A stretch of DNA of 64,000 bases from an uncultured delta proteobacterium. GTDB taxonomy: Bacteria > Desulfobacterota > Desulfuromonadia > Geobacterales > DSM-12255. Both the position numbers and the translations under genes were made by a program. A model generated the notes under the pieces. It was not told where the DNA came from. It saw only the letters and a program-made list of their open reading frames with translations, and searched no databases. How positions within the stretch are numbered: the stretch's first letter is position 1; each line of letters starts with the position of its first letter. Shown one piece after another: positions 19,703 to 29,620 of this stretch. The DNA is taken from assembly GCA_963787125.1 (NCBI GenBank), contig CAWBBV010000016.1, forward strand, positions 128,001 through 192,000, read 5' to 3'.

Positions 19703-19720
19703 GCTTACGTATAAGTCAAT
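19703..19720 (-). promoter_or_regulatory. Second LiuR-like box
   Basis: ATTGACTTATACGTAAGC, 15/18 identical to the 13864 box. Confidence 0.55.
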
Positions 19721-19876
19721 ACTAAATAAAACATTTTTTTGCGATGCCTAAACTTCTGCGCCGACTGGTTCAGCATCACCGACTTCGCCAGAGCGACTTC
19801 AAGTCGTTGCAATAAAGGAAATTTATTGACATAAATCGACTGTCGCTGTTACTCTCACACGCTGATTCAGCATAAA

Positions 19877-19962
19877 CGCTGGGGGAGCTTTAGAAGAGCT
19901 GAGAAGAGCCCGGCCGGGCTCAAACCCTTTGAACCTGAGCGGGAAACCGGCGTAGGGAAGCG
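19877..19962 (+). ncRNA. TPP riboswitch
   Basis: GGGGAGC..GCTGAGA..ACCCTTTGAACCTGA..CGGCGTAGGGAA upstream of thiS, followed by a GCCGC/GCGGC-T8 terminator at ~19981-20001. Confidence 0.92.
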
Positions 19963-20014
19963 TAACGTAAATTAGCACCGGCCGCTTATGCGGCTTTTTT
20001 TATTGGGGAGCATC

Positions 20015-20212
20015 ATGCAGATACAGTTAAATGGGGAACTGAGGGAAGTTCTGCCGGGGACAGTCCTTGAGCTGCTGGAAGCTCTCGCAGTTGATCCAAA
20101 AAGGGTTGCTGTAGAGTTGAACATGGAGATTCTGCCCAAGGCAGATTACGCAGATAAACTTATTGCCACGGGTGACTGCATCGAAATAGTCCACTTCGTT
20201 GGCGGGGGGTAA
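20015..20212 (+). CDS. thiS: Sulfur carrier protein ThiS
   Basis: VAVELN motif and C-terminal FVGGG. Confidence 0.95.
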   Translation: MQIQLNGELREVLPGTVLELLEALAVDPKRVAVELNMEILPKADYADKLIATGDCIEIVHFVGGG

Positions 20213-20213
20213 T

Positions 20214-20990
20214 ATGAAACCGAGCGACAAACTTATAATTGCCGGCCGCGAGTTCAACTCGCGGCTGATGGTAGGAACAGGCAAATATGCCAGTAACGAG
20301 GAGACGGTCAAGGCACTGGAAGCATCCGGCGCCGAGATCATCACGGTTGCGGTCCGGCGTGTTAATCTTGACAGAAGCAAAGAGTCGCTGCTCGACTACA
20401 TCGATCTGAAAAAATACACTCTACTTCCTAACACCGCCGGCTGCTACACTGCGGAAGATGCCATTCGCACCTGCCGCCTGGCGCGCGAAGCCGGGATGTC
20501 AGATTTCGTCAAACTGGAAGTTCTCGGCAACGAGAAGACACTCTTTCCTGACAATGAGGAGCTGCTTAAAGCGGCCAAGGTACTGGTAGCCGAAGGGTTC
20601 ACCGTACTCCCTTATACCAGTGACGACCCGATCATTTGCAAAAAGCTCGAAGATCTCGGCTGTGCTGCGGTTATGCCCCTTGGTGCGCCTATTGGCAGCG
20701 GTCTCGGGATTCGCAACCCCTATAACATCAGAATCATCCTCGACACGGTAAAAGTGCCGGTCATCGTTGACGCCGGTGTCGGGACCGCCTCTGACGCCGC
20801 CATTGCCATGGAGCTTGGCTGCCACGGCGTGCTCATGAATACCGCCATCGCCGGGGCAAAAGATCCGGTTGCCATGGCAGAGGCGATGAATCTTGCTGTC
20901 CGGGCAGGCAGACTTGCCTATCTGGCCGGGCGCATCCCGCGAAAACTCTATGCAACTGCTTCCAGCCCACTGGATGGGCTTCTGGATTAA
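20214..20990 (+). CDS. thiG: Thiazole synthase
   Basis: [22 protein letters not shown] and VIVDAGVG motifs. Confidence 0.97.
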   Translation: MKPSDKLIIAGREFNSRLMVGTGKYASNEETVKALEASGAEIITVAVRRVNLDRSKESLLDYIDLKKYTLLPNTAGCYTAEDAIRTCRLAREAGMSDFVKLEVLGNEKTLFPDNEELLKAAKVLVAEGFTVLPYTSDDPIICKKLEDLGCAAVMPLGAPIGSGLGIRNPYNIRIILDTVKVPVIVDAGVGTASDAAIAMELGCHGVLMNTAIAGAKDPVAMAEAMNLAVRAGRLAYLAGRIPRKLYATASSPLDGLLD

Positions 20991-20992
20991 CA

Positions 20993-21646
20993 ATGCCGAT
21001 TAACAAACGGATAGACTTCAATATCTACCTCATTACTGACCGTCACCAGACCGGCAGTCTGCGGCTCCTGGACGTAGTCGAAGACGCACTGAAAGGCGGA
21101 GTACGGGGTGTTCAGCTGCGCGAAAAGGATCTCTCCAGCCGCGAGCTCTACGAACTTGCCTATGACATGCGCAAACTGACCGCTAAATACGACGCCAGAC
21201 TCATCATCAATGACCGGGTCGATATTGCCCTTGCCGTCGAAGCAGATGGTGTTCATCTCGGCCTCAACAGTCTGCCGATTCACCGGGTCAGAAAGCTTAT
21301 CGGCAACACCAGACTCATCGGCCTTTCCTGTCATAATCAGGTCAACGCTATCATGGCGCAGGAGAACGGTGCTGACTTCATCACGTTTGGCCCGGTTTAC
21401 TACACCCCCTCAAAAGCCAACTACGGCAAACCGGTCGGCGTTGAAAAACTTGAACTTGTATCCCAACTGCTACAGATACCGGTCTTTGCCCTTGGCGGAA
21501 TTAAAAAATCCAATATCCATGAAGTCATGGCTGCCGGTGCCTCGGGGATAGCTCTCGTCTCCGCCCTCATTGCCAGTGATGACCCGAAAAGCACGGCAGC
21601 GGCAATGATTGCAATGCTCCCCCCCCTCCCCACAAGAGAAACATGA
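20993..21646 (+). CDS. thiE: Thiamine-phosphate synthase
   Basis: VQLREK, IINDRVD, GVHLG and ALGGI motifs. Confidence 0.9.
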   Translation: MPINKRIDFNIYLITDRHQTGSLRLLDVVEDALKGGVRGVQLREKDLSSRELYELAYDMRKLTAKYDARLIINDRVDIALAVEADGVHLGLNSLPIHRVRKLIGNTRLIGLSCHNQVNAIMAQENGADFITFGPVYYTPSKANYGKPVGVEKLELVSQLLQIPVFALGGIKKSNIHEVMAAGASGIALVSALIASDDPKSTAAAMIAMLPPLPTRET

Positions 21647-22581
21647 CAGCACTCCCGGCAGGCATTCACCCGCACCTCAGAATAAACTCCTACGGCTGGT
21701 ATCTACGCAAGCGCTTCTCCTGCCGCGTCAGCAAGGTAAATGTCGATGCAGGCTTCACCTGTCCCAACAGAGACGGCAGTCGCGGAGTCGGCGGCTGCAT
21801 TTACTGCGACAACAGCTCTTTTTCCCCGGCGGCAACTCAAGCGGATATCTCCGTGGAAACGCAGATGGCAGCCGGCATGGCGTACCATCGGCAGCGGCTT
21901 GGCAGCGAAAAATTTATTATCTACTTCCAGAAATTTACCAACACTTATGCCGACCCTGTCCATCTGCGTAATCTCTACACACAGGCGCTGGCACACCCTG
22001 ACGTCATCGGCATTTCTATCGGTACCCGCCCCGATGCCATTTCTCCGGAAGTTGCCGGTCTTCTCGAAGAACTGGCAGAAAAACATTATGTCTGTCTGGA
22101 ACTCGGCCTGCAGTCCATGGATGACGATATTCTCACCCGGATAAACCGCGGGCATACGTTCGCTGAATATCTGGCTGCCGTTCAGCTTGTGAAGGGTCGT
22201 GGACTTGACATCTGCACCCATCTGATTTACGGCTTTCCCGGCGAAACCAGGGAAAACTTCCTGAAAACTGCCGCCGTTATGGCGGATCTGGGCATCAACT
22301 CCGTAAAACTTCATCAGCTCCATGCCGTCACAGGCACAAATCTGGCGAACCAGTACCTGCAGGGTGAATTCATCCCTCTGGAGATGAGCGAATATATTGC
22401 CACTGCCTGCGATTTTCTTGAGCTGCTTCCGGCGGCTGTGACCATCCAGAGGCTCTACGGTTCCGCCCCGCTCGCCATAAGGGTTGCACCCCAGTGGAAT
22501 CTGAAGAATAATCAGATGTGGTATGCTATAGTGAATGAACTTGAAAAGCGGGACAGTTGGCAGGGAAAACGGAGAACTTGA
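21643..22581 (+). CDS. Radical SAM protein, YhcC/TIGR01212 family
   Basis: GFTCPNRDG..GGCIYC, YFQKFTNTY, IGTRPD and ELGLQS motifs; ATGA overlap with thiE. Confidence 0.92.
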   Translation: MTALPAGIHPHLRINSYGWYLRKRFSCRVSKVNVDAGFTCPNRDGSRGVGGCIYCDNSSFSPAATQADISVETQMAAGMAYHRQRLGSEKFIIYFQKFTNTYADPVHLRNLYTQALAHPDVIGISIGTRPDAISPEVAGLLEELAEKHYVCLELGLQSMDDDILTRINRGHTFAEYLAAVQLVKGRGLDICTHLIYGFPGETRENFLKTAAVMADLGINSVKLHQLHAVTGTNLANQYLQGEFIPLEMSEYIATACDFLELLPAAVTIQRLYGSAPLAIRVAPQWNLKNNQMWYAIVNELEKRDSWQGKRRT

Positions 22582-22586
22582 GTTCG

Positions 22587-23594
22587 ATGACCGGCAATAA
22601 GCTGAGAATTTTATCCTCACTACTGCTTCTGACAGGAGTAGTGCTTTCCGGGCTCTCCTTTACGGATCTTTGCAGCTTTAGTGGCTGCACGGAAGCCCAT
22701 GAATACCGGTTCTTTGGTATCATGTTACAGCTGACCGGCACATTTTACTTCAGCCTGCTGACGGGACTTATGCTGGTTTCATGGCGATTCAGCAGCATCG
22801 CTCCGCTCTACTCACTGGCGCTTGCAGGTGGCGCGGGTGCTGAACTGGTAATGATTCACCTGCAGAAAAACGTAATACAAGCATGGTGCCCACTCTGTCT
22901 TGGCATCGCAGCTGTTGTATATCTGCTCGCCATCCTGAGGATGACGGAAGCAGCAATTGAATCCAGGGGGTTTCAGACAATGAACCGACGGCAATTTATT
23001 TCAAAAGCAGCCATCCTGATGGTAGCCGCTGTTGCAGGCTTTATGGTCAGTTTTGTCGGCATAAAAAAACCGGAAGCAGCCGGAGTTGAGACTGCTCTTG
23101 GCAAGCAGGGGAGCAAAGTAGAAGTCTATGTCTTTTCGGACTGGCTCTGTCCAATCTGTATCAAGGTTGAACCTGTTCTGGAAGCGGCCCTCCCCACTAT
23201 TGAGAAACGGGCTCAAGTTTATTTCCTCGATAAACCGGTTCACAAGGAGTCAATGAATTTTGTGCCGTACCATCTTTCGTTTCTTGTTAATGAAAAACCC
23301 AAATATATCCAGCTAAGAAAAGCTCTTTTTGAACTGGCAAAGACCAACAAAAACCCGACCATTGACGATGTGAAAGTGGCAATTGCCCCCCTTGGGGTCA
23401 CCTATAAACAGCTCAGCTTTATGGATGTAAGTCAGCTGATGGCAAAAGCGCAGGCGCTCTCGGCTGAATACAAGGTGACCGGGACTCCGACGGTTGTTGT
23501 GCGGAACAACAGCAGCAAAAAAAGCAGGACACTGGTGGGGAGCAAGGAGATAACTGCAGAGAACCTTCTGAAAACGGTAAAATCTCTGGAGTAA
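22587..23594 (+). CDS. VKOR-like membrane domain fused to a DsbA-like thioredoxin
   Basis: TM helices with loop cysteines (CSFSGC) and WCPLC; C-terminal SDWLCPIC and VTGTPT. Confidence 0.8.
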   Translation: MTGNKLRILSSLLLLTGVVLSGLSFTDLCSFSGCTEAHEYRFFGIMLQLTGTFYFSLLTGLMLVSWRFSSIAPLYSLALAGGAGAELVMIHLQKNVIQAWCPLCLGIAAVVYLLAILRMTEAAIESRGFQTMNRRQFISKAAILMVAAVAGFMVSFVGIKKPEAAGVETALGKQGSKVEVYVFSDWLCPICIKVEPVLEAALPTIEKRAQVYFLDKPVHKESMNFVPYHLSFLVNEKPKYIQLRKALFELAKTNKNPTIDDVKVAIAPLGVTYKQLSFMDVSQLMAKAQALSAEYKVTGTPTVVVRNNSSKKSRTLVGSKEITAENLLKTVKSLE

Positions 23595-23724
23595 TAAAAA
23601 CCCTGATATATACAGAAAATATCCTCTGCCATACATAAAAGCGTTTTTAACATTGTTGTAAAGTATCAGTTGCGGTCATATACATTAATGGCAGGTAAAT
23701 ATTGTCTTCAGGGAGGGTGAACTT

Positions 23725-24114
23725 ATGAAAACAAGCGAAGTTATGACCCGGACAAAATTCCTTAAGCATTGTGACAAGATGATCCTCAATTTTGATTTCA
23801 GTGGCTTAGAAGTCGATGAAGCCAGGCAGGTATGTGAATACGTAAAAGGGCTTATCAGCCGGATGCCATTAGGCTCGGTGCTGACACTGGTGAACGTAAC
23901 TAATGTTCAATATAATCAGGAGTTCAAGGAGCTATCCAGCGACCTTGCCAAGCACAACAAGCCCTATGTTTTGGCTGGTGCAGTGATAGGGGTTGAAGGG
24001 TGGAAGAAAATGGTTTTATGGGCAACAACCAAACTGACCGGGCGTGACAATCTGAAAGCATTTGACAGCATTGAAGCGGCCAAGGACTGGCTGGTTAACT
24101 ATCAGCCAAAATAG
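23725..24114 (+). CDS. Hypothetical protein, SpoIIAA/STAS-SEC14-like
   Basis: Strong SD GGAGG; AGAVIG and FDSIEAAKDWL motifs. Confidence 0.7.
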   Translation: MKTSEVMTRTKFLKHCDKMILNFDFSGLEVDEARQVCEYVKGLISRMPLGSVLTLVNVTNVQYNQEFKELSSDLAKHNKPYVLAGAVIGVEGWKKMVLWATTKLTGRDNLKAFDSIEAAKDWLVNYQPK

Positions 24115-24120
24115 TCATCC

Positions 24121-24948
24121 TTAGTAAATGGCGTAATTATCGGTTGAGGAAAAAATCTCTTTCAGCAGCAGATTATTGAGATAGTGACCGGTCTTGTTGG
24201 CCTCTATCTTGCCAAGGATCCGGTATCCCGAAGTGTAAATATCCCCGATCAGGTCAAGAATCTTGTGATTGACCAACTCCTTGCCGTACCTGAGGCCGTC
24301 GGGATTGACAATATCATCTTCCCCGATGGCGATGGCATTATCAAGTGACGCCCCTTTTGCCAGACCGACTTTCTGGATCGCTTCCAGCTCTTCCAGAAAG
24401 CCAAAAGTCCGCGAATTAACAATTGAAATCGCGTTTTCGACGTCCATAACCCGCTTCTTCTGCTTGCCTACCGGGGGGCGAAAATCGATCGACATGGTTA
24501 TATCAAGCGTATTGAGCGGCTTCACCTTGATCCACGAGTCATTATTACGAACTTCCACTGTTTTCAACACCTTCAGATAGACCCCTGCTTCAGGAAACTC
24601 GTAAACTCCCGCCCGCCACATTTCGTGATAAAATTCCCAGGCTGAGCCGTCCATGATCGGTATCTCGGGACCGTCAATATAGACGAGACAGTTAGTTATG
24701 CCGGAATAATAAAATGCCGCCATCAGATGTTCTATGGTGGAAACCGAATATCCACCGGAAGAAATCTGGGTTGAAAGACGGGTGTCAGCGACCATGTCGT
24801 AGCGTGCCGGGATTAGAGTGCCGCCGATGCAAAAGGCGATGCCGAATTCGCGTCGCGGCAGAAACTCCATGTTCACCTGCTTGCCGGTGTGGAGGCCGAT
24901 GCCGCTTAAGCGGAAGATCCTGTTGATAGTTGTCTGGCGTTTGATCAT
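24121..24948 (-). CDS. lpxC: UDP-3-O-acyl-GlcNAc deacetylase (divergent, stand-alone copy)
   Basis: GIGLHTG, STIEHLMAA, EIPIMDGSA, RTFGF and HKILDLIGD motifs. Confidence 0.92.
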   Translation of the reverse strand: MIKRQTTINRIFRLSGIGLHTGKQVNMEFLPRREFGIAFCIGGTLIPARYDMVADTRLSTQISSGGYSVSTIEHLMAAFYYSGITNCLVYIDGPEIPIMDGSAWEFYHEMWRAGVYEFPEAGVYLKVLKTVEVRNNDSWIKVKPLNTLDITMSIDFRPPVGKQKKRVMDVENAISIVNSRTFGFLEELEAIQKVGLAKGASLDNAIAIGEDDIVNPDGLRYGKELVNHKILDLIGDIYTSGYRILGKIEANKTGHYLNNLLLKEIFSSTDNYAIY

Positions 24949-25062
24949 AGAAAAGGTTATCCCATATAATTGAAATTGCGTCAAATAATGAAACCCACGT
25001 GTGCGGGTTCTGTCACCGGGTATCAGTATCCATGGCCGACTAGGGCCGAACCCTGCACCTGA

Positions 25063-25554
25063 CTATTTCACCCTCCTCCAGAGCGTACTCCCACCCAGCA
25101 GCGGTATAGATATGAAGCCGCGCAGCTCAAGTTTGTCGGGACTTTTGAGAGTAATCAGACTGCTGTATGTTTTGCCGTTTTCTGTGTTGTAAATTCTGCC
25201 GTCGTCCCAGAGGTTGTTGCCGCGGAAAGCGTACCCCTCCATCAGCTGCAGCCCGACAAGCGGTCGCCCCTTCAGCTCCTTTTTCGGGTTCTCCCGGTCC
25301 ACAAGCGGCTTGCCCGGCATCTTACCTTTATCATCCGCCGGATAGTATGGCTCTTTAAGCCAGACTATCCGGCCGCAATATTTCGCAGCGCAGTGATAAA
25401 TTTCTATATGACCGTCACCCTCTGCGACCTCCCAGACACCGACTATGGCGTCTGCAGCTACTGTTGCCGCCTGCGAGGACGCCGGAGGTAGAATTGGCAA
25501 AAACAGGCTGCCGAGTAAAATGACCAATCTGAACATGTCGCGCTGATTAAACAT
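25063..25554 (-). CDS. DUF2147 exported protein
   Basis: Signal peptide; IVGVW, YCGRIVW, GRIYN..NGKTY and LELRGF motifs. Confidence 0.88.
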   Translation of the reverse strand: MFNQRDMFRLVILLGSLFLPILPPASSQAATVAADAIVGVWEVAEGDGHIEIYHCAAKYCGRIVWLKEPYYPADDKGKMPGKPLVDRENPKKELKGRPLVGLQLMEGYAFRGNNLWDDGRIYNTENGKTYSSLITLKSPDKLELRGFISIPLLGGSTLWRRVK

Positions 25555-25561
25555 AGGTTGG

Positions 25562-26671
25562 TCAGATCCCGGGAGCGACCCGCTCCAGGAAGCTCTTCAC
25601 CTGAGGGGCAAAGGTTTCATGTTCGAGCAGAAAGGCGTCATGTCCATAAGGGGAGGAGATAAGATGATACTCAACGTCTTTGCCAAGCTCCTTAAGAACT
25701 TGAACCATCTCTTCGGTGTAGTGCGGCGGATAAAGCCAGTCTGACGTGAAGGTGAAAAGCTGGATCGGTGCCTGTATCTGGGACAGCGCTTCCCTGAGAG
25801 ATTCATAGCCGAGAGCGACATCGTAGAGGTCCAGCGCTTTTGCCAGATAGAGGAAGGAGTTGGCATCGAAGCGGTCGACAAAGTTGTAGCCGTTATAGTT
25901 CAGATAACGCTCAATTTCGAATTTGCCGAAGAAATCGAAGAACCCATCTTTAGCTGCATAGCGGCGACCGAATTTGGACTGCATCGATTCATCGGAGAGA
26001 AAAGCTATGTGGCCGATGCCGCGAGCCAGTGCCAGACCGTCTTTCGGGTTTTTACGATACTCCCCCTTTTTCCAGTCCGGATCGTTGAAGATCGCCCAGC
26101 GGGCCACGGCATTCAGGCTGATCGCCTGGGGCGAAGGTGCCGGGGTGGTGGCAAGGGCTACAATCGAGGCAACCCTGTCAGGGTACTGGGTTCCCCATTC
26201 CAGCGCCTGCATCCCTCCCATGCTGCCGCCAAGCACACTCAGCAGCTTATTTATGCCGAGATGGTCAAGCAACAGCGCCTGGGCGCGAACCATATCCCTG
26301 ACAGTTATTACAGGGAAGGTCAGATTGTAGCGTTTTCCGGTTTTGGGGTTGATTGAGGCTGGTCCTGTCGAGCCGTAACAGGAGCCGAGCACATTAGGGC
26401 AGATGATAAAATAGCGATCTGTGTCGAGGAGTCTGCCCGGACCGACAATTGCGTCCCACCAGCCGACTTTTTGATCCTCAGCTGAACTCCTGCCGGCAAG
26501 ATGGGCATTTCCCGTCCAGGCGTGGGCAACCAGGATGGCGTTACCGGCATCGGCATTGAGCGTCCCGTAGGTTTCATACACCTGGGTCACAGGTTTCAGA
26601 ATCCGGCCACTCTCAAGGCGAAGATCTATGTCAAGCGTCAAGCTCTGTTCGGTTACTACGCCAACAGACAT
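25562..26671 (-). CDS. metX: Homoserine O-acetyltransferase
   Basis: HAWTG, GGSMGG and YGHDAFL motifs; downstream of a SAM riboswitch. Confidence 0.95.
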   Translation of the reverse strand: MSVGVVTEQSLTLDIDLRLESGRILKPVTQVYETYGTLNADAGNAILVAHAWTGNAHLAGRSSAEDQKVGWWDAIVGPGRLLDTDRYFIICPNVLGSCYGSTGPASINPKTGKRYNLTFPVITVRDMVRAQALLLDHLGINKLLSVLGGSMGGMQALEWGTQYPDRVASIVALATTPAPSPQAISLNAVARWAIFNDPDWKKGEYRKNPKDGLALARGIGHIAFLSDESMQSKFGRRYAAKDGFFDFFGKFEIERYLNYNGYNFVDRFDANSFLYLAKALDLYDVALGYESLREALSQIQAPIQLFTFTSDWLYPPHYTEEMVQVLKELGKDVEYHLISSPYGHDAFLLEHETFAPQVKSFLERVAPGI

Positions 26672-26672
26672 G

Positions 26673-26707
26673 AAAAAAGCCCCTTTTTCATAATGAGAAG
26701 GGGCTTT
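26673..26707 (-). terminator. Riboswitch expression-platform hairpin/terminator overlapping the metX RBS
   Basis: Minus-strand AAGCCCCTTCTCA..TGAAAAAGGGGCTTTTTT immediately before the ATG. Confidence 0.75.
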
Positions 26708-26731
26708 GTGCCATGCAGGTCAAAACTCCCA

Positions 26732-26839
26732 TCTCATCTTTGCCCCGAAGGGCAGGATTTAGCACCTGTCGTCCCCTTTAACAGGGCACCGGTTGCTGTG
26801 GCTTCGTCGGGCCTTTCCCTCCACCACTCTAGATAAGAC
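26732..26839 (-). ncRNA. SAM-I (S-box) riboswitch
   Basis: CTTATCTAGAG..GGAGGGA..GGCCCGACGAAGCC..GCAACC..GGTGCTAAATCC..AAAGATGAG. Confidence 0.95.
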
Positions 26840-26922
26840 GGCTATTCAATTGTGTCGGAGCATAATTGAAAAAATGGACGATTGTCAATGAAATTGTCCT
26901 GCAAACGTGCTATCTAAGGGGG

Positions 26923-27624
26923 ATGAAGAAGAGAAAAGTGAGCCTGCCAAAACCGAAGGAGTTTGCAACTACCCCTTTCTCCGCACTCAAAGGGGTGCAG
27001 ACGAAACCGACTGAGCCGACCCCTGTCAAACCGGCAGAACAGCCGGTAAAAAAGGTTCGGGAAGCGGATGACATGGATCTGTTCCTTCTTGCCATGTCCG
27101 GAGTAGAAAAGCTTGCGCCCAAGGAGCTGAAATCGTCTCAGGACAAACCTGTTGCCGCTGTCAAAGCGGTCGTGCGGAGAATCGAAGAGAGTGAACAGCA
27201 GTTTTTCCTCGAAGCGATCAACGGACTTAAACTCGATGTGAAATTTCACGATGAAGCCCCGGAAGAACCTTTACCGACAAAACCGACTTTCGGCAGCCGT
27301 CTCAAGCAGTTGCGGCGCGGAACGATCCGCCTCGATTACGAGCTCGACCTGCATGGCCTGACAAAAGATGAAGCAATCGATGCGCTTGACTCTTTCATAA
27401 AAGGAGCCTACAGGCGCGGACAGCAAGCAGTTCTTGTCATTACCGGGAAGGGGAACCATTCAGCGGATGAGCCGGTGCTGAAGGTTGCTGTTGAAAAATG
27501 GCTGAGGGATGAGGGGAAAAAGATGGTGATAGAGTTTGTCTCTGCACCCCGGCAAATGGGAGGAGAGGGAGCAGTTGTGGTTTTTCTCAGACAGTTTCAA
27601 GAAACTCCGCGAGTACCCGGTTGA
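26923..27624 (+). CDS. Smr/MutS2 domain protein
   Basis: LDLHGL, VITGKGNHS and GGEGAVVV motifs. Confidence 0.9.
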   Translation: MKKRKVSLPKPKEFATTPFSALKGVQTKPTEPTPVKPAEQPVKKVREADDMDLFLLAMSGVEKLAPKELKSSQDKPVAAVKAVVRRIEESEQQFFLEAINGLKLDVKFHDEAPEEPLPTKPTFGSRLKQLRRGTIRLDYELDLHGLTKDEAIDALDSFIKGAYRRGQQAVLVITGKGNHSADEPVLKVAVEKWLRDEGKKMVIEFVSAPRQMGGEGAVVVFLRQFQETPRVPG

Positions 27625-28378
27625 CAACTGCCGGTTGTTCCAGCATCACCATATGACCTGCATCGGGAATCATGCAGAGCGTGGCGTCATTTAGCCCTGC
27701 TGCCAGCTTGAAGCTCTCTTCACGGGGTATGGCCAGATCGTTTTCAGCCCCGATAACAAGCGCTCGCACTTTGAAATCACCAAGCCTCTCACTGTAATCC
27801 TTGCGGTCACGCATTGCCAAAAGCCCGTTGGCTAGCCCTGCCGGTGAAGCAGCCATCATCAGGCCATGCATGTGCGCTACCATTGCCGGATTTTTGGCAA
27901 CTGAACCTGGTGCAAAGAGGATGCGACTGAAAGCATCTGCAACCACGGTCACCCCCGACTGCTGAACTTCGCCCGCCAGAGCGGTACGGCGCGCCTGCCC
28001 TTCTGCATCTTCAGCCCCCCCCCTGGTCACCATGAAACAGGCGCAGCTTACCCGCTCCGGATAGCGGTCGAGCAGGTTCAATAAAACATACCCTCCCATC
28101 GACATCCCGCAGACAGCAGTTTTCTCAAGCCTTAACCGGTCCATCAGCAGGACAATGTCATCACCATACTGATCCATGGAGAAGTCGCCTGTCCCAAGCT
28201 TACTTTTGCCGAATCCCCGCAGATCCGGGGCAATTACCCGAATCTTGCCGGCAAGACCTGATAACTGCTCCCTCCAGATAGCGCCTGTCAGGGGAAAGCC
28301 GTGAATCATGACAAGAGGCATGCCGCTGCCTGCCTCTTCATAATACAGCTCATCGACAACTGAACCGTTCGGGGTCAT
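27587..28378 (-). CDS. Alpha/beta hydrolase
   Basis: IHGFP, PDLRGFG, GMSMGG and AGH motifs. Confidence 0.92.
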   Translation of the reverse strand: MTPNGSVVDELYYEEAGSGMPLVMIHGFPLTGAIWREQLSGLAGKIRVIAPDLRGFGKSKLGTGDFSMDQYGDDIVLLMDRLRLEKTAVCGMSMGGYVLLNLLDRYPERVSCACFMVTRGGAEDAEGQARRTALAGEVQQSGVTVVADAFSRILFAPGSVAKNPAMVAHMHGLMMAASPAGLANGLLAMRDRKDYSERLGDFKVRALVIGAENDLAIPREESFKLAAGLNDATLCMIPDAGHMVMLEQPAVVNRVLAEFLETV

Positions 28379-28953
28379 TTTGCCTCCGGAGTTTTGTACC
28401 GCGGAGAATCATAACCGTTAACGACAATATCAAGGCGGCCGTCATTCGGGCAGAAGATCAGACCGTGAACCGGCACATCCTTAGGAATCAACGGGTTTGC
28501 CCGGATTTTCCCCACCACATCCTCAACATTTTCATTGGGGCAGCCGAAGGCGCCGATCCACTGGGCAAGATCCGGCACATGCCTCTCGATGGCATCAGCC
28601 GCAATGCCGCGCGCAATCATATCGGCTTTGAGCTGTTCCGGATCGACTGAAGCCATGCCGCAGTCTTCATGGCCAATGACGAAAATTTCATCAACCCCGA
28701 GCATAAAGATAGCGGCTACAAGACTTCTGATGACCCCTCCGTGAAGCGGATCAACCAGGGTATTGCCGGCGTTTTTAATCACCTTGGCATCACCACGTTT
28801 TATCCCCATGGCCGGTTCCAGGAAGTCCACCAAGCGCGTATCCATACAGGTAAAGATGGCAAACTGTTTTTTGGGGTTTTTAGGCAGCGGCGGAAATGCG
28901 CCGGGATGAACAAATTTCCGGTTCGCCTTCAAAATGGTGTCAAGCAGAGTCAT
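28375..28953 (-). CDS. Beta-class carbonic anhydrase
   Basis: CMDTR, KNAG and HEDCG zinc ligands. Confidence 0.92.
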   Translation of the reverse strand: MTLLDTILKANRKFVHPGAFPPLPKNPKKQFAIFTCMDTRLVDFLEPAMGIKRGDAKVIKNAGNTLVDPLHGGVIRSLVAAIFMLGVDEIFVIGHEDCGMASVDPEQLKADMIARGIAADAIERHVPDLAQWIGAFGCPNENVEDVVGKIRANPLIPKDVPVHGLIFCPNDGRLDIVVNGYDSPRYKTPEAK

Positions 28954-29507
28954 ACGGGCTCCTTATCGGTTGAAAGCCGAATAATATCGGCAATAGTAAA
29001 GCGATCTTTTCCCTGCAAACGCTTGTCTGCATTGTGGGCGACAAAGAGCGCATTGATGGCGACCAGGGCTCTGTTAAGCGTCTCCAGATTTATCACGGCA
29101 CTCCCGGGAAGCGCTGCAGAATTTTTGAAATTTTCCGGGCAACAGTCAACTGCCTTGACCCCGTCAACCTCGGCAAGCAGCGGCAAGCCATGGGTACGGC
29201 AGATAACCGGCCTCGCTTGGTAAACAAGACAGCAATCGTCCAGCAAAAGAGGGCATGAGCCGTTCTCAGACCAGTCACTACGCGTTGCGAGGAGCAACTT
29301 GACCTCAGCGGGGAGTCCGTTGACCGCCTTACCAAGACTGGCAGCCTCGACAGGAAAGAGCGTCAGGTGACGGCAGCAACCGCTGCAACCGGCTCTACAA
29401 GCTATCTCTTCGACAAATGCCGCAGTAATCCCGGCGCAGAGTTGATCAACACGGCATAAGAATGATAGATAGTTGGCAAGATTCTGGTCAGGCAGACGGT
29501 CTGTCAT
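28950..29507 (-). CDS. YkgJ-family cysteine cluster protein
   Basis: CRAGCSGCC, CPLL and C.VY..RPVICR motifs. Confidence 0.9.
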   Translation of the reverse strand: MTDRLPDQNLANYLSFLCRVDQLCAGITAAFVEEIACRAGCSGCCRHLTLFPVEAASLGKAVNGLPAEVKLLLATRSDWSENGSCPLLLDDCCLVYQARPVICRTHGLPLLAEVDGVKAVDCCPENFKNSAALPGSAVINLETLNRALVAINALFVAHNADKRLQGKDRFTIADIIRLSTDKEPV

Positions 29508-29620
29508 TTACGCAGATTAGCCTGAAACCATGCGTTAAGGCAACTTTTTTGCACCCAGAAATGCTTTGACAACACCATGCCCTTAGCCTAATATTGCCCA
29601 AAACGTGCGAGGTTACAGCC

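Noticed and set aside
21703..22620. 305-aa minus-strand ORF
   Set aside because: Antisense to a motif-rich radical SAM gene; no recognisable features.
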